Source: Candidatus Rariloculus sp. (GTDB taxonomy: Bacteria > Pseudomonadota > Gammaproteobacteria > Steroidobacterales > Rariloculaceae). From it: a stretch of DNA of 64,000 bases. Below, in pieces: positions 9,673-17,851 of this stretch. The stretch covers positions 1,991,136 through 2,055,135 of the forward strand of contig NZ_OZ253579.1 of assembly GCF_965263005.1 (NCBI RefSeq). Reading direction: 5' to 3'. Position 1 is the first letter of the stretch. Each line of letters opens with the position of its first letter. The notes under the pieces were generated by a model, which saw only the letters and a list, made by a program, of their open reading frames with translations, searched no databases and had not been told where the DNA came from. Made by a program: the position numbers and the translations under genes.

Positions 9673-10554
9673 ATGTCGCAGGCAGGAATCGTTGTGGTGG
9701 CGGCCTCGTGTACGCTCGCCGCCTGCAGCCCCCTGCGCTTCGTCGATGTGGAGTCGGAGACGCAAAGCAGCCGCATCGACTATCTCGTCATTCATTTCAC
9801 GAGCGCCGACTACGCCGAATCGATGCGCGTCTTGACGCAACGCACGGAACGCCCGGTCAGCTCGCACTATCTCGTGCCGGAACGCGGCGACCCGACCTAT
9901 CCGCGGCAGCGCTTGCGCGTACACCGGCTCGTCGATGAGAATCGGCGCGCCTGGCATGCCGGACAGAGCTACTGGCGCGGCGAGGAGGCGCTGAACGGGA
10001 GTTCCATCGGCATCGAGATCGTGAACCAGTCGGGCTGCATGGCTACGGATCCCGGCAGCGAACCGGGCACGCCGCAGGACCGCTGCCAGTTTCACGATTT
10101 CGACGCCGAACAGATCGATCTCGTCATAGAACTCGCGCTCGACATCCTCGACCGCCATCCTCGCATCGATCCCGTCGATGTGGTCGGACACGCCGATATC
10201 GCATCCAATCGCAGATTGGATCCGGGGCCGACCTTCCCATGGCGCACGCTTTACGAGAACGGCATCGGCGCCTGGTACGACGACGAAACCGTAGCCGGAT
10301 ACAGGGAGCGCTTCGAGGCGGAGCAGCCGGATCTCGTGCTGCTGCAGCGAGGGCTCAATGCCTACGGCTACGACATTGAAGACACCGGCGAGTACGACCG
10401 GCAGACGCGCGTCGTGCTCAGGGCGTTTCAGATGCATTTTCGGCCGTCGGACTGGTCCGCACAGCCGGATGCCGAAACGGCCGCCATCGTGTTCGCACTG
10501 CTGGAGAAATACCGGCCCGCGGCGCTGGCCGTTCTGCAGCAATCGTCGTTGTAG
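9673..10554 (+). CDS. amiD: N-acetylmuramoyl-L-alanine amidase, AmiD-type lipoprotein (amidase_2 plus peptidoglycan-binding domain)
   Basis: The ORF track starts at TTG 9664; I prefer ATG 9673. There is a lipobox in MSQAGIVVVAASCTLAAC. Amidase_2 pattern is present (YLVIHFT...RAWHAGQSYW...SIGIEIVN...GHADIA...DPGP FPW). The C-terminus carries a PG-binding-like repeat (LQRGLNAYGYDI...). Confidence 0.85.
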   Translation: MSQAGIVVVAASCTLAACSPLRFVDVESETQSSRIDYLVIHFTSADYAESMRVLTQRTERPVSSHYLVPERGDPTYPRQRLRVHRLVDENRRAWHAGQSYWRGEEALNGSSIGIEIVNQSGCMATDPGSEPGTPQDRCQFHDFDAEQIDLVIELALDILDRHPRIDPVDVVGHADIASNRRLDPGPTFPWRTLYENGIGAWYDDETVAGYRERFEAEQPDLVLLQRGLNAYGYDIEDTGEYDRQTRVVLRAFQMHFRPSDWSAQPDAETAAIVFALLEKYRPAALAVLQQSSL

Positions 10555-10596
10555 CAGCCGCAACGTTCGTTGGGGCCGCCACCGCTATTCGAACCC

Positions 10597-11058
10597 TCAA
10601 GGCAAGTCAGGCCCGAAGTGCTGCGCCAGGTAATCGGCGACCACTTCGATCTCGGCGGCATCCACGGTCGCGCCGGTTTCGATCATGGTCAGCACGAGAG
10701 TGCGCCAATTGTCGCGTGTATAGAAGCCACTGAACAGTGCGAGCCCGCCCAGGTCATGGCAGCTCAGGCAGGCCGAGACGAGTATTTCGCGGCCCTGGCC
10801 TTCGGGCAGCTCGACTCCGGCTTCAACGGCCAGGTCACGCGCTTGCCCCGGAGTCGGGGGCGACGCCGGTTTCGGCCCTTGCGCTGTCTCTGCCTTTGAC
10901 TCTGGCGCGGGCGCGGCCGTTGGCGTGGGGACGTCCGTCGGGCGCGGCGTAGCCTCAGCCGCTGGCCTCGGCGTTTGGATCGTGCAGGCCGCACAGACCG
11001 CGCAGACAGCGAACAGGCCGGACAAGATGCCCGGCCTTCTGGCAGCGCGCAAGCTCAA
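10597..11058 (-). CDS. c-type cytochrome lipoprotein (single CxxCH)
   Basis: 153-aa ORF with a lipoprotein-type signal (LFAVCAVCAAC), a Pro/Ala/Thr-rich linker and the heme motif SACLSCHD. Its start abuts the stop of the upstream propeller gene with no intergenic base. Confidence 0.75.
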   Translation of the reverse strand: MSLRAARRPGILSGLFAVCAVCAACTIQTPRPAAEATPRPTDVPTPTAAPAPESKAETAQGPKPASPPTPGQARDLAVEAGVELPEGQGREILVSACLSCHDLGGLALFSGFYTRDNWRTLVLTMIETGATVDAAEIEVVADYLAQHFGPDLP

Positions 11059-12099
11059 CTACGGGTGTGAGCCCGGCAGCCTGATGATCGTGTTTCGCTT
11101 CGGCGCCTCGCCAACGGAAATCTGCGTGACTTCCTCAAGCGCCTGCATGTCGATGACCGAAACGGTGTTCGATACGGCGTTCGCCACATAGGCGTACTTG
11201 TTATCCGGCGTGAAGGTCACCCAATCGGGATCGGTTGCGGTTGGGACCCCCGCCAGAAGTTCGAGGTCGGGCAGCGAGTACACGTACACGCGACTGTTCA
11301 TACGGCTCGTCGACCAAAGCGTTGTGCCGTCCGGAGACACACCGATGCCATGCGCCGGAGCCCCGTTGTAGGTGCTGTCGTAGCGTTCCTCGGGAGGCAC
11401 ATCGGGCTGGGTGATGCGCGCGACTTCCTGCCGGGTATCCCAATCGACTACGACGAAGCCGTGATGGCCTGAAACCTGGATATAGAGCTTGTCCGTCGAG
11501 CCGTCGGGCTTCGCCGTCATCGTGGCCGGACGGATAGCCTCGCCCTCCCAGGCCCAGACTTCCTCGTCCGTGGCCGTATCCAGAACGGTCAGCCGGCGCC
11601 CGGCGATCGAGCCCGCGACGACGTTCCTGCCGTCCGGGGTGACGTAAATGTTGTGGATGCCCCCGGGCACGTCGACGGTCTTGATGTTCTCGAGGCTGAC
11701 GGTGTCGATGACGTCGATAGCGCCTGGCGGCGCGATGATGGCAACGTAGAGCTTGGTCCCGTCAGGTGTAATCGAGATGTTGTTCGGCCGAGCCGACAGC
11801 GGAATGCTCTTGATGAGCTCGAGCGTACCGGAGTCGTAGACTTTCAGCGCAGTTTCGGCTTCGCCGCTTACATAGATGCGGCTTCCGTCCGGAGCGGCGC
11901 TGACGCCGTGCGCGACGGGAATGTCCTGGATTTCGCCGACGATCTGCTGCGTTTCCGGATCGATCACGTGGAGGATCGAGTCCCTCGAGTTGGTCTGCAG
12001 AACTCGGACCTGAGCTTGCGCCGCGCTGACCGCAAGGATGGCCATAACGGTGGCCGCCAGCCCGAGGCGGCAGTACTTGAGTCTGACAAATACGTTCAT
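11059..12099 (-). CDS. YVTN/YncE-type beta-propeller repeat protein, secreted
   Basis: The track ORF 11059..12438 has an implausible Arg-rich N-terminal extension. I place the start at ATG 12099, preceded by AAGGGGGA. This gives a signal peptide (LGLAATVMAILAVSAAQA) and repeated ...PDG..lYV... blades (APDGSRIYVS, TPDGTKLYVA, TPDGRNVVAG, SPDGTTLWST, TPDNKYAYVAN). Confidence 0.8.
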   Translation of the reverse strand: MNVFVRLKYCRLGLAATVMAILAVSAAQAQVRVLQTNSRDSILHVIDPETQQIVGEIQDIPVAHGVSAAPDGSRIYVSGEAETALKVYDSGTLELIKSIPLSARPNNISITPDGTKLYVAIIAPPGAIDVIDTVSLENIKTVDVPGGIHNIYVTPDGRNVVAGSIAGRRLTVLDTATDEEVWAWEGEAIRPATMTAKPDGSTDKLYIQVSGHHGFVVVDWDTRQEVARITQPDVPPEERYDSTYNGAPAHGIGVSPDGTTLWSTSRMNSRVYVYSLPDLELLAGVPTATDPDWVTFTPDNKYAYVANAVSNTVSVIDMQALEEVTQISVGEAPKRNTIIRLPGSHP

Positions 12100-12274
12100 G
12101 ATGTCGATCCCCCTTGTCCGGTGCAGAACCGGCAGTGTACCGCGTTTTGGCGGAGATTCGGGCGCGGCGAAATCCGGTTCGCCCGCAAGACTCCGGTTGT
12201 CGGCGTCGCAAACTCGGCGGCTGCGCCGAGCGTTGCCGCGATTCGAGCCCACTGGTGCGCGCTGGTCGCTTCGC

Positions 12275-13942
12275 CTAGTTAGCGTCGCTGCAGCCAAAAG
12301 AGTCGGACGAGGTCGGTTCGTTTCCCGTGTATCGGGCGATCGACGGCCATGGGCAGAGCTTTCGGGTCGCCCCGCGCAACCGGGCGGACGCGGCCTCGTT
12401 GTCTTCCCTGACCGTCGCGACGAGTGGCCCTGGTGCATTTCCCCGTTCCACCCAGTCGATGAGCGGGGTCAGGATGTCGAAGCGGTCCGGTGCGACGCCG
12501 CCGGGGCCGTGCGGCATGCCCGGGACCGCATAGAAACGCGCGAAGCCAGCCCCATCGGGGTTGTTGTCGAGCAGCGATTCATACCAGTTCGCAGTGTCCC
12601 GGAAAGAGAAGACCGGGTCCGACACGCCGTGGAAGACGATCAGTTTCCCGCCGGCCGCCTCGAACGCGTCGAGGGTCGGCGCGTCGGCATCGGGCGGAGA
12701 CATCAAGTCCATGGCGGATTCGGGGAATGCAGCGTTGGTGGCATCGATCTTCGGTGCGTCCACATCGAAGTCGAACTCCATGAGGAACGCTTCGAGGCTC
12801 GCCGCGTCGCCTGCCAACAACGTCGGCGGCGTCGTGAACACCTGGGCCAGGGATCCGGCGCCCATGACGGCAATGATCGGCTTGTGATCCCACGGCGCCA
12901 CGGGACTTTCGAGCTTCCACGTTCGCCAGCCGTCCGAAGCGATGCCCGTGTCCCAGTCCCATTCGCTATAGAGTTGCTCGCCTGCGCTGTTGCGCGGGCC
13001 ACCGAGGAGTCGCACCAGCGCAGCGGCCTTGGGCTCGGGCAGACAGTCGTCCGGCTCGCCCGCGCCGCACACGAGCGACTCGGGATCGAACGCCGTCTGA
13101 CAATCGTCTATGGCGAAGACAAGCGCGTCTTCGAGGCCGTCGAGCCCGTCGCACGCAAGAAGCACATGCGCGGCAACGATGTCGAGCTCGTTGCGCGTGA
13201 AGGCTTCGGCCAGGCTGTCGCCGACGCTGCGGAAGGTCTGTACGTCCCAGGCGTGCTGGAGCGCGGCGCGTGGCAGCTTGAAGCCGGGGTAGCCGGCGAC
13301 AAGGCCGTCGAAGGATCCCGCCATTCGGCTCGCGGCGACGAGAGCGTGCCGGCCGCCGTTGGAGCTGCCGAGTCCGTACGTGTATCGAACCGGCGCTTCG
13401 TAATAGGCCTCTGTCAGTGCGATGGCGGCGGGGTGCAGTGTGGCCGCGGCGCCGTAGCCATAGTCCCGGCGCGCCTCGAACTCGAGGCCGAAGACATTGC
13501 CGCCCACAAGCCCGGCTTCGGGATGGGCCGAACCGTCGTGGCCGGCGTCGCTCGACACGACCGCGAAACCGCGTGCAAGCGCACCGTCGTTCGCGGGCAA
13601 CACGCCCAGCCTGCCGAGCGCCGGAACGACCGCGCCGTCATTGCCGCCGTTGAACTGATGTGCGAAACGGCCGGTCCAGTCATCGGGCAGCCGGAGCTCG
13701 AAAGAGATCGCGTAGGGTAGGCCATCGGTACCGACGCGCTCGGCCATTCGGCCGCGGACGAGGCAGTGGGCCACCGGCACTTCATCGGACGCGGGCACTG
13801 CGGCCGCTTCGCTAATCGTCATTCCGTCGGCCGCGAGCTCGGCAATTGCGCCGCATTCGACGGCTGCAAGGCTTGCGAGCGGTGCGATCTGTGCGAGGAG
13901 GGCGAGGAGGGCGAGCACCGCGAGTTCTTGCCGTCTTGTCAT
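12275..13942 (-). CDS. Tannase/feruloyl-esterase family alpha/beta hydrolase, secreted
   Basis: 555-aa ORF with a signal peptide, a nucleophile elbow (YGLGSSNGGRH) and a C-terminal PGMPHGPGG...WVERGNAP pattern characteristic of the family. Confidence 0.8.
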   Translation of the reverse strand: MTRRQELAVLALLALLAQIAPLASLAAVECGAIAELAADGMTISEAAAVPASDEVPVAHCLVRGRMAERVGTDGLPYAISFELRLPDDWTGRFAHQFNGGNDGAVVPALGRLGVLPANDGALARGFAVVSSDAGHDGSAHPEAGLVGGNVFGLEFEARRDYGYGAAATLHPAAIALTEAYYEAPVRYTYGLGSSNGGRHALVAASRMAGSFDGLVAGYPGFKLPRAALQHAWDVQTFRSVGDSLAEAFTRNELDIVAAHVLLACDGLDGLEDALVFAIDDCQTAFDPESLVCGAGEPDDCLPEPKAAALVRLLGGPRNSAGEQLYSEWDWDTGIASDGWRTWKLESPVAPWDHKPIIAVMGAGSLAQVFTTPPTLLAGDAASLEAFLMEFDFDVDAPKIDATNAAFPESAMDLMSPPDADAPTLDAFEAAGGKLIVFHGVSDPVFSFRDTANWYESLLDNNPDGAGFARFYAVPGMPHGPGGVAPDRFDILTPLIDWVERGNAPGPLVATVREDNEAASARLRGATRKLCPWPSIARYTGNEPTSSDSFGCSDAN

Positions 13943-14175
13943 TCCTGTCTCCTGTCATCCCCCTACGACTTACCGGAATCGCTGGCATTGGCCCGGGCTC
14001 GCGACCGCGGCCGGCCATGCATTAGCCGACCCGCGCCGTCGATTCTCAAGGATTCAGCCTCGCGCACGTGGCCCGCCGCGAGCCCGGCCGAGTGTACGGG
14101 CGATCCGCACGTATCTGCGGGGCTTCGCCGGAGCGGCACCTTCCGGCTCCGGCAGGTGTTGGCGAAAACGTACGC

Positions 14176-14877
14176 TCAAACCCCGGGCACGCCGTTCGGC
14201 CAAATGATCGGCTCGCAAGGATACGGAATGAACTCGAACGGTTCGGTCTTCACGAACGTGCTGCTGCGCACGAAAGGACCGGTCAGGTAATGCGGATCCT
14301 CCACTATGGCGATGACCGTCAGGTAGTCGCCGTGGCGCACGTAGTGTTCCGTCATCACGGCATCCTCGCTGTGCGGGACGCCGTTGCGGCGCAGATACCG
14401 CGGCCGCATATGCGTCGTCACGACCGTCAGCGTCTCGCCTTCCCACCTGGCCGTCGAATGTCCCTGCCACTCAAGCTCCCCGCCAGGCCATTCGCGGCCA
14501 TCGAGATGGAACCTGCGTTCCTGCTCCTGCAGTTCCATGCGCATCAGGATTGTGTCGTCGTCCTCATGGTCGAAGTGGAAACGCACGGGCCCGCGCATGA
14601 TGTAGGCCGCGCCGTGCGGCGCACACTGAAGCTCCGGAAGGTAATACTCGTCCGGGTCCCAGGCATCGGCCGCTCTGCGGCCTTCCGCGTTGAGGGGAAT
14701 ACCCGCGTAGTCGCCCTTGTGAGCCCCCTCGCCGCCGCGATAACGCGCATCTTCGTGTATCACCGGTTCCCAATAGCCCCAGAAGTCCTGTTGCGCTGTC
14801 GCCGCGTTGGCTGTGAACAGCGTCGCGACAGCGATGCAGGCAGTCAGCGCACGCCGCGGTCGTTGTGTGATGCTCAT
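14176..14877 (-). CDS. Secreted protein of unknown function, homologous to the C-terminal two-thirds of the 51971-52987 product
   Basis: 233-aa ORF with a signal peptide (ACIAVATLFTANAATAQQ). Shared motifs with the fused paralogue are PEL.C, DGR..P, GHS..RWE, NGVP and EDP.Y. Confidence 0.75.
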   Translation of the reverse strand: MSITQRPRRALTACIAVATLFTANAATAQQDFWGYWEPVIHEDARYRGGEGAHKGDYAGIPLNAEGRRAADAWDPDEYYLPELQCAPHGAAYIMRGPVRFHFDHEDDDTILMRMELQEQERRFHLDGREWPGGELEWQGHSTARWEGETLTVVTTHMRPRYLRRNGVPHSEDAVMTEHYVRHGDYLTVIAIVEDPHYLTGPFVRSSTFVKTEPFEFIPYPCEPIIWPNGVPGV

Positions 14878-14897
14878 AATCGCCCGTCGCGCCGAGA

Positions 14898-15302
14898 TTA
14901 TTCGTTATTGCGAAAACCGAAGCCGCGCCACTCCCAGCCATCTTCGGCACGGAGCGCGCTGCTCAGCGTCATGATCCTCCGGCCTTCCCGGCCCGGCGAT
15001 CCGGTTATGGTCAGGTGATCGCCCACGCTGACTGTTTCCGGCGACCAGCCCCTGCGGGTCATGGCAATCGTGTTGGGCAGTTCGACAGCCCAGGTTTCCG
15101 TTTCGCCGCTTGCCGTGGTGACATCGAGGAAGATGAACGGATGCGGGTTGCGCCACTGCCAGCTCGAAACGACGCCCTCGCGTGTGATTTCCTGATCGAT
15201 ATCGAAGTGAAGCGCGCGCGAATGATGTGCCGAGGCCGAAAGCGACATTGCGAGCAGTGCTCCGGCACCCAATACGACCAAGTGTCTGTTTAAAGAGGAC
15301 AT
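14898..15302 (-). CDS. DUF6152-like small secreted protein (predicted mature N-terminus HHS...)
   Basis: I moved the start from 15338 to ATG 15302, which has a GGAGG about 12 nt upstream. The signal is MSSLNRHLVVLGAGALLAMSLSASA. It is followed by HHSRALHF...WRNPH...RRGW...VGD..., a pattern I recall for DUF6152. The product is homologous to the N-terminal third of the 51971-52987 product. Confidence 0.7.
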   Translation of the reverse strand: MSSLNRHLVVLGAGALLAMSLSASAHHSRALHFDIDQEITREGVVSSWQWRNPHPFIFLDVTTASGETETWAVELPNTIAMTRRGWSPETVSVGDHLTITGSPGREGRRIMTLSSALRAEDGWEWRGFGFRNNE

Positions 15303-15580
15303 GGTTATCGTCGCCTCCGCAATCGTGAACGTCAGCAACGTGCCAGTATATCAACATCAACATGCAGCCGGCGGTGAATTCGAATTCCGCGTGGTGCTTC
15401 ACAACGTCACGCGCGTCGCAGTGGAGAGTTGAACCTTTGCCGGGTAGTGACGATGCCTCCGCCGAAACGCGCGTCGGCGGTGCGTAAACCGCGCGTCCTG
15501 TGCCGAGATTGGCGCTGTTGATGGGTTAGAATCAGGCGAGCGGCAATCGCCGTGACGATCGGAAAGAGGGGGAGAACGGC

Positions 15581-17689
15581 ATGACTACATCACGAAATTT
15601 CTGGCCCATTCTCGGAGCGGTCGCTTCGATCGCGCTTGCCTGTGCATCGGGCGCGCGAGCCCAGGGCGTCGACATCGACGCCGACGACATCGGCGGCACC
15701 GTGGCGAGCGAGAACGGTGCCGAAGCTGGCGTCTGGGTTATTGCCGAGACTGACGACTTTGAGACGCGTTACGCGAAGATCGTCGTAAGCGATGACGAAG
15801 GCCGCTACGTGATCCCCGATCTGCCCGACGCCGACTACCAGGTCTGGGTGCGCGGCTATGGCCTGGCCGACTCGGAAAAGGTTGCCGGCAATCCCGGCGA
15901 TACGCTTGACTTGACGGCGATCGTCGCGCCGAGCGCGGAGGTGGCCGCGCAGGTTTATCCCGCCGCCGCGTGGTACGCGATGATGCATCTCCCGGAGGAA
16001 AGCGAGGTTGCGAATCTGCCGGGAGGCATGAACGAATACCTGAGCGTCATGAAGAACCAGACCTGCGTGGGCTGCCACCAGATTGGTCAGCTCGCCACGC
16101 GCACCATCCCCGAGGCGTTCAGCGACATCGAATCGTCGCAGGAACGATGGATACGCCGCGTGCAGTCGGGTCAGGCCGCGCGGCAGATGATCACCCCGCT
16201 CGCGCAGCGGCTCAACGGCGTGCCTTTCAAGTATCTCGCCGACTGGACGGACCGCGTCGCCGCGGGTGAGACGCCGTCGTACATTCCCGAGCGACCGCAG
16301 GGCATCGAGCGCAACGTCGTCGCGACGGTCAGGGACTGGGCTGACCCGAAGTCCTATCTGCACGATCTGTCGTCTACCGATCGCCGCGACCCGACCGTCA
16401 ACGCCTACGGCAGGATCTACGGCGCGCCCGAGCTCAGCACCGACAACTTTCCCGTTCTCGACCCGGTGACGAACACCGATACCACATTCCTGGCGCCTGT
16501 CATGGACCCCGAAACGCCGACGTCGAACGATGACCCGATCGGTCAGCCATCGCCGTACTGGGGCGATGAGCGTATTTGGGACAGCCGCGCCAATGCTCAT
16601 AACCCGATGCTCGATCAGGACGGCCGGGTCTGGTACACGGCCCGCGTGCGCGGTCCCGACAATCCGGATTTCTGCCGGGAGGGCTCCGAACACCCTTCAG
16701 CGCAACTGTTCCCGACCACGCGCGCAGGAAGGCATGTGTCGGTCTACGACCAGGAGACCGGGGAGTACACGTTTGTCGATACCTGCTACTCGACCCATCA
16801 CCTGCAATTCGCCGAGGACGCCTATAACACGCTGTGGACGAGCGGCGGCGGGGACGTGGTCGGTTGGCTCAATACCAAACAGTTCCTCGAGACCGGAGAC
16901 TACGTGAGCTCGCAGGGTTGGGCGCCGGCGATTCTCGATACCAACGGCAACGGGCGGCGCGACGACTGGGTCGAGCCTGGCGAGCCGATGAACCCCGAAC
17001 TCGACACGCGGATCCCGGCACGGTTCTACGCCGTCATGCCGAATTCCGCCGACGGCTCGATCTGGGGATCGTGGAGCTTTGCGTTCCCGGGCAGGCTCGT
17101 GCGACTCGACCCGGGCCCGAACCCGCCCGAGACGACGCTTGCCGAGGTCTACAATGTCCCGCTGCCGGGTTTCGCCTCGCGCGGCGCGGACATCGATCGA
17201 AACGGCGTCGTCTGGGTGTCGCTCGGCAGCGGCCACCTGGGTGAGTTCGACCGCAGCAAGTGCGAGGGACCGCTGAACGGGCCGACGGCGACAGGCGACC
17301 ACTGTCCCGAAGGGTGGACCTTCCACCGGTTCCCGGGGCCGGGCTTTCCGGAGCTGCCGGAATTCAGCATCGAGTCGAGCTATTACACCTGGGTCGATCA
17401 GCGCAACGCGTCGGGACTCGGCGCCAACACGCCGATCGCGACGGGAAATCTCTTCGACGGCGTGCACGCGCTCGTCGACGGCGAGTTCGTGACGATACGG
17501 ATTCCCTACCCGATGGGCTTCTATACCAAGGGTTTCGAGGGCCGTATCGACGACCCGGACGCCGGCTGGAAGGGCCGCGGCCTCTGGGTCCCGAGCGGCG
17601 ACCGTACACCGTGGCTCATGGAAGGCGGACAGGGATCGCGCCCGCTCGTCGTCCACTTCCAGGTCCGCCCCGACCCGTTGGCGAAGTAG
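15581..17689 (+). CDS. Secreted protein: carboxypeptidase-regulatory-like domain, a single heme-c motif and a propeller-like C-terminus (unknown function)
   Basis: 702-aa ORF starting at ATG with GGGGGAGAA upstream. It has a signal peptide ending ...ASGARAQG, a CarboxypepD_reg-like stretch (GVWVIAE...GRYVIPDLPDADYQVWVRGYG) and the heme motif CVGCHQ. Confidence 0.8.
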   Translation: MTTSRNFWPILGAVASIALACASGARAQGVDIDADDIGGTVASENGAEAGVWVIAETDDFETRYAKIVVSDDEGRYVIPDLPDADYQVWVRGYGLADSEKVAGNPGDTLDLTAIVAPSAEVAAQVYPAAAWYAMMHLPEESEVANLPGGMNEYLSVMKNQTCVGCHQIGQLATRTIPEAFSDIESSQERWIRRVQSGQAARQMITPLAQRLNGVPFKYLADWTDRVAAGETPSYIPERPQGIERNVVATVRDWADPKSYLHDLSSTDRRDPTVNAYGRIYGAPELSTDNFPVLDPVTNTDTTFLAPVMDPETPTSNDDPIGQPSPYWGDERIWDSRANAHNPMLDQDGRVWYTARVRGPDNPDFCREGSEHPSAQLFPTTRAGRHVSVYDQETGEYTFVDTCYSTHHLQFAEDAYNTLWTSGGGDVVGWLNTKQFLETGDYVSSQGWAPAILDTNGNGRRDDWVEPGEPMNPELDTRIPARFYAVMPNSADGSIWGSWSFAFPGRLVRLDPGPNPPETTLAEVYNVPLPGFASRGADIDRNGVVWVSLGSGHLGEFDRSKCEGPLNGPTATGDHCPEGWTFHRFPGPGFPELPEFSIESSYYTWVDQRNASGLGANTPIATGNLFDGVHALVDGEFVTIRIPYPMGFYTKGFEGRIDDPDAGWKGRGLWVPSGDRTPWLMEGGQGSRPLVVHFQVRPDPLAK

Positions 17690-17851
17690 CGCGGCGGCTC
17701 GGCGCCCTGGCGGCGAATGCCGGTGAAATATGCAGGCATGGACGCGTCCGTCCATGCCTGTTTCGCTGCGTCGCAAAGCGCCGAGGCGATGTAAACTGAG
17801 CAGCGCGCAACGCTCGTCGATGCGCCTTTCAGCTTGACAGGGGAGAAGCCC

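Noticed and set aside
12100-12438. N-terminal 113-codon extension of the propeller ORF (MHQGHSSRRSGKTTRPRPPG...)
   Set aside because: The extension is Arg/Pro-rich and non-protein-like. An internal ATG at 12099 has a strong SD and yields a normal signal peptide.
12038-13720. 560-aa + strand ORF opposite the tannase-family gene. Similar cases are 9457..10563(-), 19774..20934(-), 26999..28348(-), 36359..37675(-), 45143..46291(-), 54437..55648(-), 60275..61171(+) and 7069..8493(+).
   Set aside because: All are antisense to ORFs with clear family signatures and have the characteristic Arg/Ala/Gly/Asp-rich shadow composition.
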